Shown in pieces: positions 17,816 to 25,031 of a DNA stretch of 27,005 nucleotides. This DNA comes from Patescibacteria group bacterium (GTDB taxonomy: Bacteria; Patescibacteriota; Minisyncoccia; Phycocordibacterales; PALSA-1337). The DNA lies in NCBI GenBank assembly GCA_004298345.1, contig SCTV01000075.1, positions 1-27,005 of the forward strand, read 5' to 3'. Under the pieces are notes generated by a model. That model did not search any database. It was not told where the DNA came from and was given only the letters and a program-made list of their open reading frames with translations. The number at the start of each line of letters is the position of its first letter. Within the stretch, counting starts at the first letter, position 1. The translations under genes and the position numbers were made by a program.

Positions 17816-18265
17816 ATGTCGCCAAACAAGCAGAAAATAGGACTCGATCTCACCAAGCATGCACCACGAAGCCCGCGGGTAAAAATTGGCCACTTTGTAA
17901 TTTTGGCACGCATTATTGATAAGTGCCGTGCTTTACTATGGGGTAATATTGGAGAGTATGATTTTAACTGTGAACTAGATCAGTCACTTTTGGAATGGAA
18001 AGGTCTCATAGGTGAACAGCTCAAGACATATATTGCCGAAGGTCACTCAGATGAGGAAATCGCTGATTGGATAAAAAGTAATGGTATTCCCAAAACTGAT
18101 GCAGAAATAGTAGAATGGGCAAAAGAAGCGACAGCCAACACCTATGCGGATGATCCGGAAGGTCGGGAATGGCTGGATAAACAGATTGAACGACTTGGTC
18201 TGGTCAAAGATGCCACTGTCTTTGATTATCTCGACGCTGACGATATGGCGAGTTTCAATGAATAG
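17816..18265 (+). CDS. DUF5069-like protein
   Basis: DLTKHAPRSPR...LARIIDKCRA...GEYDFNCELD, with a C-terminal FDYLDADD. Confidence 0.75.
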   Translation: MSPNKQKIGLDLTKHAPRSPRVKIGHFVILARIIDKCRALLWGNIGEYDFNCELDQSLLEWKGLIGEQLKTYIAEGHSDEEIADWIKSNGIPKTDAEIVEWAKEATANTYADDPEGREWLDKQIERLGLVKDATVFDYLDADDMASFNE

Positions 18266-18267
18266 AT

Positions 18268-19431
18268 TTACCTCACCGTCGCTCCGTACGTCTTTTTAGT
18301 CACCTCCTCAAGATTTTTGTGAATGGTATCAATTTCAGATGAAGTGAGGGTGCGGTCGAGGGAGCGGTAGGTGATGCGGAAGGCGTAGCTTACGTTGCCT
18401 TCGCCAAATTTCTTGGCGTTTTCGTATTTGTCCAAAAGCTCGACTTCCTCGATCAGTCCCGGGGCAATTTCGCGGACGGTATCGAAATAGTCGTTGGGAA
18501 TAAAATCATTTTTCACCACAAAAGAGATGTCGCGCACGATTGGTGGATACTTGCTCACTTCTACAAATTTCTGACCAAGCTTGAGTTGCTTCTTTACTCG
18601 CTCATCTTCTGACCAGAGGAGACGGATGTCTGGTAGCTGCATACTGATGATCGCGAGGCGCTCGAGTCCAAATCCGAAAGCCCAGCCGTTGTAGCCTTCG
18701 ACACCAAAATCTTTGAGCACACTTTTGCGAGGCATACCGCCGCCCAAAATTTCAATCCACTGGCTGTTGATTTCTACTTCTACTTCAAGAGATGGATCGG
18801 TGTAGGGGAAGGTGTCTGGGTTGAAGCGGTATTTGATGTTTTTGCCGAAAACACTCTGCACCACTTCCGAGAGGACATTTTTCAAATCTTCAATAGTGAG
18901 CATTTTTTGGCTATCTGGCACAAGGTAGAGTCCGCCCATCTGATGAAAGATGTTCATATGATGTCGGTCGATTTCATCTTTGCGGTAGACTTTGCCGTAG
19001 CACATCACGCCGAGCTCTTTGCCTTCTGCGATTTTCTTTTTGATTTCCTCAAGTTGAAAATAGTAATACCACATCACGGTGTCGTGGGTGCGGAGGACGT
19101 TTTTAGGATCGACATAGTAGGTGTCGGAGGTACTGCGGGCAGGGTGGTCGGGAGCGAAGTTGAACAGGTCGAAAAGGATATTGGTCGGGATGACTTCGGG
19201 AATATCGATATGGTCAAAATCTTTGAGGACTGGGAGGTTCACGACACGTTCTTTGATTTCAGAAAGTGGACTGCCTTTGGTGCGAGAAAGGTCGGCCATG
19301 GCCATATATCGCTTGATACGGAGAGCTTCGGCATCGGTGCGAGATTCGAGGTTTTTAATAAGCTTGTCTTGATCGGCAGTGGAGACTTTATAGAGGTGGC
19401 GGGAGAGGCCGTTTGGGTCTGTTTTTGACAT
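18268..19431 (-). CDS. pheS: Phenylalanyl-tRNA synthetase, chimeric catalytic alpha domain plus FDX-ACB anticodon-binding domain (mitochondrial-type architecture)
   Basis: Catalytic motifs FDLFNFAPDHPARSTSDTYY, VLRTHDT, GKVYRKDEIDRHH..IFHQ, FPYTDPSLEVEV, EILGGG and WAFGFGLERLA. These are followed by SKYPPIVRDISF...YRITYRSLDRTLTSSEI (ACB). Start at ATG 19431. Confidence 0.93.
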   Translation of the reverse strand: MSKTDPNGLSRHLYKVSTADQDKLIKNLESRTDAEALRIKRYMAMADLSRTKGSPLSEIKERVVNLPVLKDFDHIDIPEVIPTNILFDLFNFAPDHPARSTSDTYYVDPKNVLRTHDTVMWYYYFQLEEIKKKIAEGKELGVMCYGKVYRKDEIDRHHMNIFHQMGGLYLVPDSQKMLTIEDLKNVLSEVVQSVFGKNIKYRFNPDTFPYTDPSLEVEVEINSQWIEILGGGMPRKSVLKDFGVEGYNGWAFGFGLERLAIISMQLPDIRLLWSEDERVKKQLKLGQKFVEVSKYPPIVRDISFVVKNDFIPNDYFDTVREIAPGLIEEVELLDKYENAKKFGEGNVSYAFRITYRSLDRTLTSSEIDTIHKNLEEVTKKTYGATVR

Positions 19432-19518
19432 AGGGGTAAGTTTAGGGGAAAAACATAAGAAAGTAAAGGTCACCTTCTGGTTGGGATGTTGAACTTATAT
19501 TTAAAATAACTTAAATAT

Positions 19519-19566
19519 AGATGTGTATACAATAAATACGCGACCGCGTATTTATTGTATACATCT
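19519..19566. repeat. Long AT-rich palindrome (TACG-N6-CGTA core)
   Basis: TGTATACAATAAATACGCG-AC-CGCGTATTTATTGTATACA (19524-19563), with an imperfect outward extension. Confidence 0.9.
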
Positions 19567-19644
19567 CACCCATCCGCTATAAAATTATGGGGTTGTATGG
19601 AAAAGTAAGCTGGAGCAAGGCCATATAGTGTTCAAGGACTAAAT

Positions 19645-19685
19645 AAAATTCAATGGCTCATTAAGCTAATGAGCCGTTGAATTTT
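19645..19685. repeat. GGCTCATTA-N3-TAATGAGCC palindromic repeat, copy 3
   Basis: AAAATTCAATGGCTCATTA-AGC-TAATGAGCCGTTGAATTTT: 19 bp with one T.G pair. Confidence 0.9.
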
Positions 19686-19725
19686 AACTATCGGTGATAA
19701 AACTAGTCTGACTAGTTCCTTTAGG

Positions 19726-19769
19726 CACATACATCGATTATACGTACGTGCGTATAATCGATGTATGTG
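19726..19769. repeat. Long palindrome (TACG-N6-CGTA core)
   Basis: CACATACATCGATTATACG-TACGTG-CGTATAATCGATGTATGTG, a perfect 19-bp stem. Confidence 0.9.
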
Positions 19770-19837
19770 AGGTAAGTAGTGTCTTGTAAAAGATGAACTA
19801 TCCTAGGTTTATGCCATAGGGTATTGTTGGTAGAAAT

Positions 19838-19866
19838 AAAAAGTCGCACTACCGTGGTGTGCGACT
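19838..19866 (-). terminator. Intrinsic terminator overlapping the stop codon of 19849-20130
   Basis: The minus strand reads AGTCGCAC-ACCACGGTA-GTGCGACT-TTTT. Confidence 0.7.
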
Positions 19867-20130
19867 GACTTTATCATCTTCGTGTTCGGTGGCCATCACG
19901 AGGAGGAAGATAAATCCACCGATACAGCCCACGATAATCGTTGCGATCATTTGTGCAAGATCAAATGGGTTGGTAAAAATATCCCAGACCCGAGAGACGA
20001 TGCAAGCGAGGACTCCACTGATAGCCCAGAAAGCAGGCGCCCACCAGAGGGAGCTGGTGAAGGTGAGCTTGAGTCCAAAGAACACGATGACGACAACCAG
20101 TATTCGTGCGACCAACACTCGAATATTCAT
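19849..20130 (-). CDS. Hypothetical small membrane protein (93 aa, 3 TM)
   Basis: Hydrophobic ORF with its own terminator; resembles the neighbouring 20238-20513. Confidence 0.7.
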   Translation of the reverse strand: MNIRVLVARILVVVIVFFGLKLTFTSSLWWAPAFWAISGVLACIVSRVWDIFTNPFDLAQMIATIIVGCIGGFIFLLVMATEHEDDKVSRTPR

Positions 20131-20237
20131 GTTGAGGCAGTTACAATTTGTTGACCAAACGTTTCAAGTAAAGTATGGCACTTTTGGCACAGAAAGCAAA
20201 TGAAGGATTGTAAAATAAAAAATCGCGCCGCAGTTGC

Positions 20238-20513
20238 CTACGAGCGATTGGGGACTTCTTTTTCCTGCGCGATGATGATGAAGACTGCGAGTGAAAGATA
20301 GCCAAGGACTAGGCCGAAGGCGACAATGGGGATTTTCACAGAATCCCAAGGGCCCTTGAAGAAATTTCTGCCCTCGTAAAGAAGCATGGCCATCATTCCA
20401 GCAACCAGGTCGAGTGGAATAATGGCAAAGGGCCAACCCCGTTTCCACAGGTCCACCCCGAGGACACAGAGACAGAGGAGCAGAGCTAGAGCAAGAAGTT
20501 TTTTGAGTAGCAT
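20238..20513 (-). CDS. Hypothetical small membrane protein (91 aa, 3 TM)
   Basis: Hydrophobic ORF with an upstream TTGACA-N18-TATAAA promoter and a downstream AATCGC/GCGATT hairpin plus T-tract. Confidence 0.7.
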   Translation of the reverse strand: MLLKKLLALALLLCLCVLGVDLWKRGWPFAIIPLDLVAGMMAMLLYEGRNFFKGPWDSVKIPIVAFGLVLGYLSLAVFIIIAQEKEVPNRS

Positions 20514-20544
20514 AGTAAGCCTTTCAGAAGAACGTTCAGTTGTG

Positions 20545-20574
20545 TTTATATCATCTTTAATACCACCATGTCAA
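20545..20574 (-). promoter_or_regulatory. Sigma70-type promoter TTGACA-N18-TATAAA
   Basis: The + strand has TGTCAA at 20569-20574 and TTTATA at 20545-20550. Confidence 0.6.
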
Positions 20575-20693
20575 CTGTCTTTTTGGGTAGTTTTAATCCC
20601 CAGATTACGTAGAAAACTCTTTCTTTCTTGGTTTAAAAATGCTATAATGGATAGTGCAAAAGTAAACATTATATATACCTTCTGTATCAAAAT

Positions 20694-22760
20694 ATGGCTA
20701 AAAACGAAGACGAAAAAAAGGTAAAGAAAGGCTCGTACGGCGCGGATGAGATTACGGTACTTGAGGGACTTGATCCGGTGCGAAAGCGCCCGGGTATGTA
20801 TATTGGTACGACTGGTCCTGAGGGTCTCCATCACCTCATCACTGAAATTTTTGACAACTCTCGCGACGAAGCGATGGGTGGTTTTTGTGATGATATTGAA
20901 ATCACTCTTTTGCCAGAAAATCGTATTCGTGTAGTAGACAATGGCCGAGGTATTCCTGTCGACACACATTCAAAGACAAAAGTTTCTGCGCTCGAGACGG
21001 TCATGACCGTGCTTCATGCCGGAGGTAAATTTGGAGGTGAGGGCTACAAAGTTTCTGGAGGTCTCCACGGTGTGGGTGCCTCGGTAGTAAATGCACTTTC
21101 TATTTTCTGTCAGGTTATCGTACATCGAGATGGTGGTGTGTATATGCAGGAGTATAGTCAAGGTAAAAAGAAGTCAGCTGTCAAAAAGATAGATTCAAGC
21201 AAACTCCACGGTACGATAGTCTACTTTGAGCCAGACAAGGAAATTTTTAAAGAAGGAGTAATTTTTGATTTTAATAGAGTGGTGACTCATATGCGACAGC
21301 AAGCGTACTTGGTACGAGGTCTTCGGATCTCTGTCATCGACGCTCGAGAATGTCCGGACAAGATCGACCTTGCTGATGTCTTTTATTTCCGGGAGCTCAG
21401 TATCGATGCGCCATCACAGAGTTTCTATTTTGAAGGGGGTCTCATATCTCTTGTTAGATTTAATAATCAATTTCAGAAGCCGATCCACAAAAACATTTTC
21501 TACATTGAAAAGAAAGTTGAAGGTGTAGAATCTGTGGAGATCGCTCTACAATATGTGGACGATATCTCACCTCGTCTTCTTGCGTTTGCAAACAACATTT
21601 ACAATAGTGAGGGTGGTACGCACATGACCGGTTTCAAGACTGCTCTGACCAGGACGATCAACAACTATGCTCGTAAAAATACATTAGTAAAAGATAGCGA
21701 GGATAATTTTACTGGAGATGATGTGTTAGAAGGCCTCACGGCGGTAGTGTCGGTCAAGCTTCGAGAAATACAGTTTGAGGGCCAGACTAAGGCTAAGCTC
21801 GGTAGTGTGGAAGCACAGGGAGCAGTGGCAACTGTTTTCGGTGAAGCCTTTTCCGCCTTTCTTGAAGAAAATCCAGACGATGCTCGCGCGATCGTGCAGA
21901 AATCTATCCTCGCACTCAAGGCACGAAAGGCTGCTAAGGCCGCAAAGGATTCAGTGCTTCGCAAGGGTGCGCTCGAAGGCATGACACTTCCCGGAAAGCT
22001 TGCTGACTGTCAAAGTGGTACAGAAGCAAAAGACGCTGAAATATTTATTGTGGAGGGAGATTCTGCAGGTGGTACAGCAAAAGCTGGACGAGATAGACGA
22101 ACTCAGGCAGTGCTTCCGCTTCGAGGCAAGATTCTAAACATCGAGCGAGCTCGACTCGACCGCATGCTCGGTTCTGAGCAGATCAAAAATCTTGTCGTGG
22201 CAATGGGTACTGCTATCGGGGACACTTTTGATATTACGAAACTTCGTTATCACAAAATAATTATTGCGACTGATGCCGACGTGGACGGTGCGCACATTCG
22301 TACATTGATTTTGACCTTGCTTTATCGATATTTCAAACCACTGATCGAGGGAGGATTTGTGTACATTGCTCAGCCACCACTTTACAAGGTAAAGCGAGGT
22401 AAGGAGACATTATATTTTTATTCAGATGAAGAGAAAATAAAAGCACTTGGCAAAGATGTAGATGTCGCTCAAGAAGGTGAAGAAGAAAGTGGGGAAGAGC
22501 AGCCAGCCGAAGATCTCTTTGATCCAAAGAATAAAAAGGCAGCCAAGGTACACATTCAAAGATACAAGGGTCTCGGAGAAATGAATGCCGAAGAGCTCAA
22601 GGAAACCACTATGGATCCGGAGAAAAGAATTCTCAAGCAGGTTTCTATTACTGATGCGTTTGAAGCGGATAAGGTGTTTGATATGCTCATGGGTACGGAT
22701 GTACCAGCGAGGAAGTCGTTTATACAGTCGAACGCTATGAAGGCCACTATCGACATCTAA
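20694..22760 (+). CDS. gyrB: DNA gyrase subunit B (type IIA topoisomerase B)
   Basis: Motifs EGLDPVRKRPGMYIG, DNGRGIP, GGLHGVGASVVNALS, EGDSAGG, PLRGKILN, TDADVDGAHI and RYKGLGEMN. There is an acidic insert near 22455-22540, and no gyrA adjacent. Confidence 0.93.
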   Translation: MAKNEDEKKVKKGSYGADEITVLEGLDPVRKRPGMYIGTTGPEGLHHLITEIFDNSRDEAMGGFCDDIEITLLPENRIRVVDNGRGIPVDTHSKTKVSALETVMTVLHAGGKFGGEGYKVSGGLHGVGASVVNALSIFCQVIVHRDGGVYMQEYSQGKKKSAVKKIDSSKLHGTIVYFEPDKEIFKEGVIFDFNRVVTHMRQQAYLVRGLRISVIDARECPDKIDLADVFYFRELSIDAPSQSFYFEGGLISLVRFNNQFQKPIHKNIFYIEKKVEGVESVEIALQYVDDISPRLLAFANNIYNSEGGTHMTGFKTALTRTINNYARKNTLVKDSEDNFTGDDVLEGLTAVVSVKLREIQFEGQTKAKLGSVEAQGAVATVFGEAFSAFLEENPDDARAIVQKSILALKARKAAKAAKDSVLRKGALEGMTLPGKLADCQSGTEAKDAEIFIVEGDSAGGTAKAGRDRRTQAVLPLRGKILNIERARLDRMLGSEQIKNLVVAMGTAIGDTFDITKLRYHKIIIATDADVDGAHIRTLILTLLYRYFKPLIEGGFVYIAQPPLYKVKRGKETLYFYSDEEKIKALGKDVDVAQEGEEESGEEQPAEDLFDPKNKKAAKVHIQRYKGLGEMNAEELKETTMDPEKRILKQVSITDAFEADKVFDMLMGTDVPARKSFIQSNAMKATIDI

Positions 22761-22924
22761 GTAAAACCTTCAGAATTAGCGCTGGCCTTTGTTGCAGACT
22801 CCGCTTACTTCCGCAACGTCGGTTTCGCGAAAACGCGTCGCGCACCGTCCATTGAGTCGCGACGTACATTTTGGTCGTAATGCTCATCTGCGCCTCGGCC
22901 AGCATCTAATTCTAAAAATTTTAC
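22761..22924. repeat. Inverted-repeat-bounded ~165-bp intergenic element (MITE/REP-like)
   Basis: AGAATTAGCGCTGGCC (22772-22787) pairs with GGCCAGCATCTAATTCT (22897-22913). Outer GTAAAA/TTTTAC; GC-rich interior. Confidence 0.65.
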
Positions 22925-22955
22925 GAAATTCTAAAGTTTAAAATGCAAAGTTGAA

Positions 22956-22991
22956 CCCCCCCGGAATTTTCTACTGAAAATTCCGGGGGGG
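22956..22991. repeat. 16-bp inverted repeat with TACT loop
   Basis: CCCCCCCGGAATTTTC-TACT-GAAAATTCCGGGGGGG, similar to 565-596. Confidence 0.88.
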
Positions 22992-23135
22992 GGGGTTGTT
23001 TTACCCTTAATCCATCATAGAAAAACCGAACCCATAACAATTACCCTAAAAACTCGACCTCTGTAAGCCATAAACCCTCCCCCCGTCTCCACAGATGAGG
23101 CTTTTATCTATAAGTACCCGGTGTAAGGTGGGTAC

Positions 23136-23164
23136 TTGACAAAAAATACGAAAGGGTGTATAAT
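23136..23164 (+). promoter_or_regulatory. Perfect consensus sigma70 promoter TTGACA-N17-TATAAT
   Basis: TTGACA at 23136-23141 and TATAAT at 23159-23164; ATG follows at 23174. Confidence 0.85.
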
Positions 23165-23173
23165 AGAAGGGTA

Positions 23174-25024
23174 ATGAAAAATACATCAATTTTCCACAAC
23201 TTTATAGTAAACCTTATATCTGGTAAAAAGTCCGTATTTGCTAGCTATTTTATGCTTTTTGGCCTTATTTTGACCGCATCTCCCATCTCTGCTCACGCTG
23301 AGTTTCTTGACTATGTCGACCCATTTGGCATCTTTCATAGTACTAGTAAAGGCCCTCTAGATTATGGTCTTGATATCATCGACCCATTCTCAGTATTGCA
23401 TGGCCAGGATCCTCGATATGAGACCCGGATTCAACAGACAACCCCAACTCTCGATGCGACATGTTATGCCAATCCAACCTCTGCCTCTACTGGTCAGACG
23501 GTGTATTGGAACGCGTCAGCTTTTGGTGGAAATGGTAACTATAGTTACTCATGGAGTGGTACCGACGGTCTTTCTGGAAACTCAAATACCATTTCTCGAT
23601 CATACTCATCTCCTGGTGCAAAGACCGCTTCAGTGACCGTTACTTCGGGTGGTCAGACGGTAACTCGTGCTTGTGGTAATGGTGTTGCTATTTCTGATCA
23701 GGGTTATCAGTCTCCTACGGGAACTACTACTATTATCTATCAACCATACCCATATCCGTATCCTCAATACCCGACATATCCAACCTACAACTACGGCCCA
23801 ACCGGTAGTGCTCTCGATGCATCTTGTTATGTAAACCCAACCTCTGCTGGCGTTGGTGATACTGTGTATTGGAATGCTTCGGCTTCTGGCGGTACGGGTA
23901 ACTATAGTTATTACTGGACAGGTACCGACGGTCTCGGTGGTCAGAGCAACAATATTACCAAATCATACTACGCTCCTGGAGATAAATTTGCTTCAGTGAC
24001 CGTTACTTCAGGTAGCCAGACTATTACTCGACAGTGTGCAAACAGCACCACTATCTATGGTGGTACCGGATATTCAAATAACTATCCATATAACTATTAT
24101 GGAAATAATTATTACAACAACTACCCGACTAATAATTACGGCCAGAATTATTATACAACTGATACTTCTCTAGAAGTCTCATGTGCTCCCAACACAGCAG
24201 TCGCAGGTATCAACCAACTAATCACCTGGACATCTCATGTATATGGCGGAAATGGAAACTATCAGTATTTCTGGACAGGTACCGACAATCTTACCAGTGT
24301 GCAGAGTACCGCTTCTAAATCCTATTCAACTTCAGGTACCAAATCAGGTCTCTTGACTGTGACTTCTGGTGGTCAAACTATCACTCGACAGTGTACTTCT
24401 GTTGTGCAAGTAGGTGATCAAACAGGAGGAGCTGTTGTCTCGGGCGGTCTCCGAGCATCGTGTTATGCCGATGCTGATTCTATCGCTCCAGGCCAGACGG
24501 TTACTTGGTCAGCACTTGCGGCGGGTGGTAACGGCAACTACAGTTATTCATGGACAGGTAGTGACGCACTCTATGGTTCAGGCCCTTCGGTATCAAAGGC
24601 GTATAGCGGTACTGGTTCTAAATATGCTACTGTTACTGTCACTTCTGATGGTCAAACTATCTCGGCTCCGTGTGTGAATACTATTGCAGTCGCACGAACT
24701 TCGACTGTGGCAACAAACACTGGTACTAAGACAGTGGCAAAAAATAATACCGGTCTTCTCAGTGCGGCATTCTTTGGAATCGGAAATTTCCCACTTATCC
24801 TGTTCCTTATCCTTCTTATCCTTATCTTGATCGGTCTCATTATCTACCTTCTTTATTACAGAGATCGTGAGGATGAAAGGAATGATCGCGAGTCGGTCGT
24901 TATTACCAAAAAAGATGAAAGTGTAGAAAAGCATACTGTGCTTGTTGATAATAGAAGCGATGTGGGGAATGGAAATCAGTATAACGGCAACGGCTATCAT
25001 AACGGAAACGGACAGAATCACTAA
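23174..25024 (+). CDS. Surface protein with four PKD/Ig-like repeats, Tyr/Asn/Pro-rich linkers and a C-terminal TM anchor
   Basis: Signal peptide, then four ~80-aa repeats L.ASC..P....GQTV.W.A...GGNGNYSY.W.GTD.L......SKSY...G.K.A.VTVTSGGQT.TR.C at about 23450, 23813, 24170 and 24449. TM is LILFLILLILILIGLIIYLLYY. Confidence 0.88.
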   Translation: MKNTSIFHNFIVNLISGKKSVFASYFMLFGLILTASPISAHAEFLDYVDPFGIFHSTSKGPLDYGLDIIDPFSVLHGQDPRYETRIQQTTPTLDATCYANPTSASTGQTVYWNASAFGGNGNYSYSWSGTDGLSGNSNTISRSYSSPGAKTASVTVTSGGQTVTRACGNGVAISDQGYQSPTGTTTIIYQPYPYPYPQYPTYPTYNYGPTGSALDASCYVNPTSAGVGDTVYWNASASGGTGNYSYYWTGTDGLGGQSNNITKSYYAPGDKFASVTVTSGSQTITRQCANSTTIYGGTGYSNNYPYNYYGNNYYNNYPTNNYGQNYYTTDTSLEVSCAPNTAVAGINQLITWTSHVYGGNGNYQYFWTGTDNLTSVQSTASKSYSTSGTKSGLLTVTSGGQTITRQCTSVVQVGDQTGGAVVSGGLRASCYADADSIAPGQTVTWSALAAGGNGNYSYSWTGSDALYGSGPSVSKAYSGTGSKYATVTVTSDGQTISAPCVNTIAVARTSTVATNTGTKTVAKNNTGLLSAAFFGIGNFPLILFLILLILILIGLIIYLLYYRDREDERNDRESVVITKKDESVEKHTVLVDNRSDVGNGNQYNGNGYHNGNGQNH

Positions 25025-25031
25025 TTAATTA

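Noticed and set aside
18907-19428. 173-aa plus-strand ORF
   Set aside because: It is an antisense shadow of pheS.
19474-19848. Replication origin or dif site near gyrB
   Set aside because: I found no DnaA boxes (TTATCCACA-like) and no XerD-arm TTATGTTAAAT in the gap.
22985-22995. G11 homopolymer as a phase-variation tract or G-quadruplex
   Set aside because: It is intergenic, forms one arm of a hairpin, and lies about 140 bp from the promoter. It is a single run, and its length may be a sequencing artefact.
23450-24691. CRISPR array or DGR-type repeat pair
   Set aside because: The repeats are in-frame ~240-bp protein domain repeats diverging at synonymous sites. There is no repeat-spacer periodicity, no adenine-specific mismatch pattern noticed, and no cas or reverse transcriptase gene.
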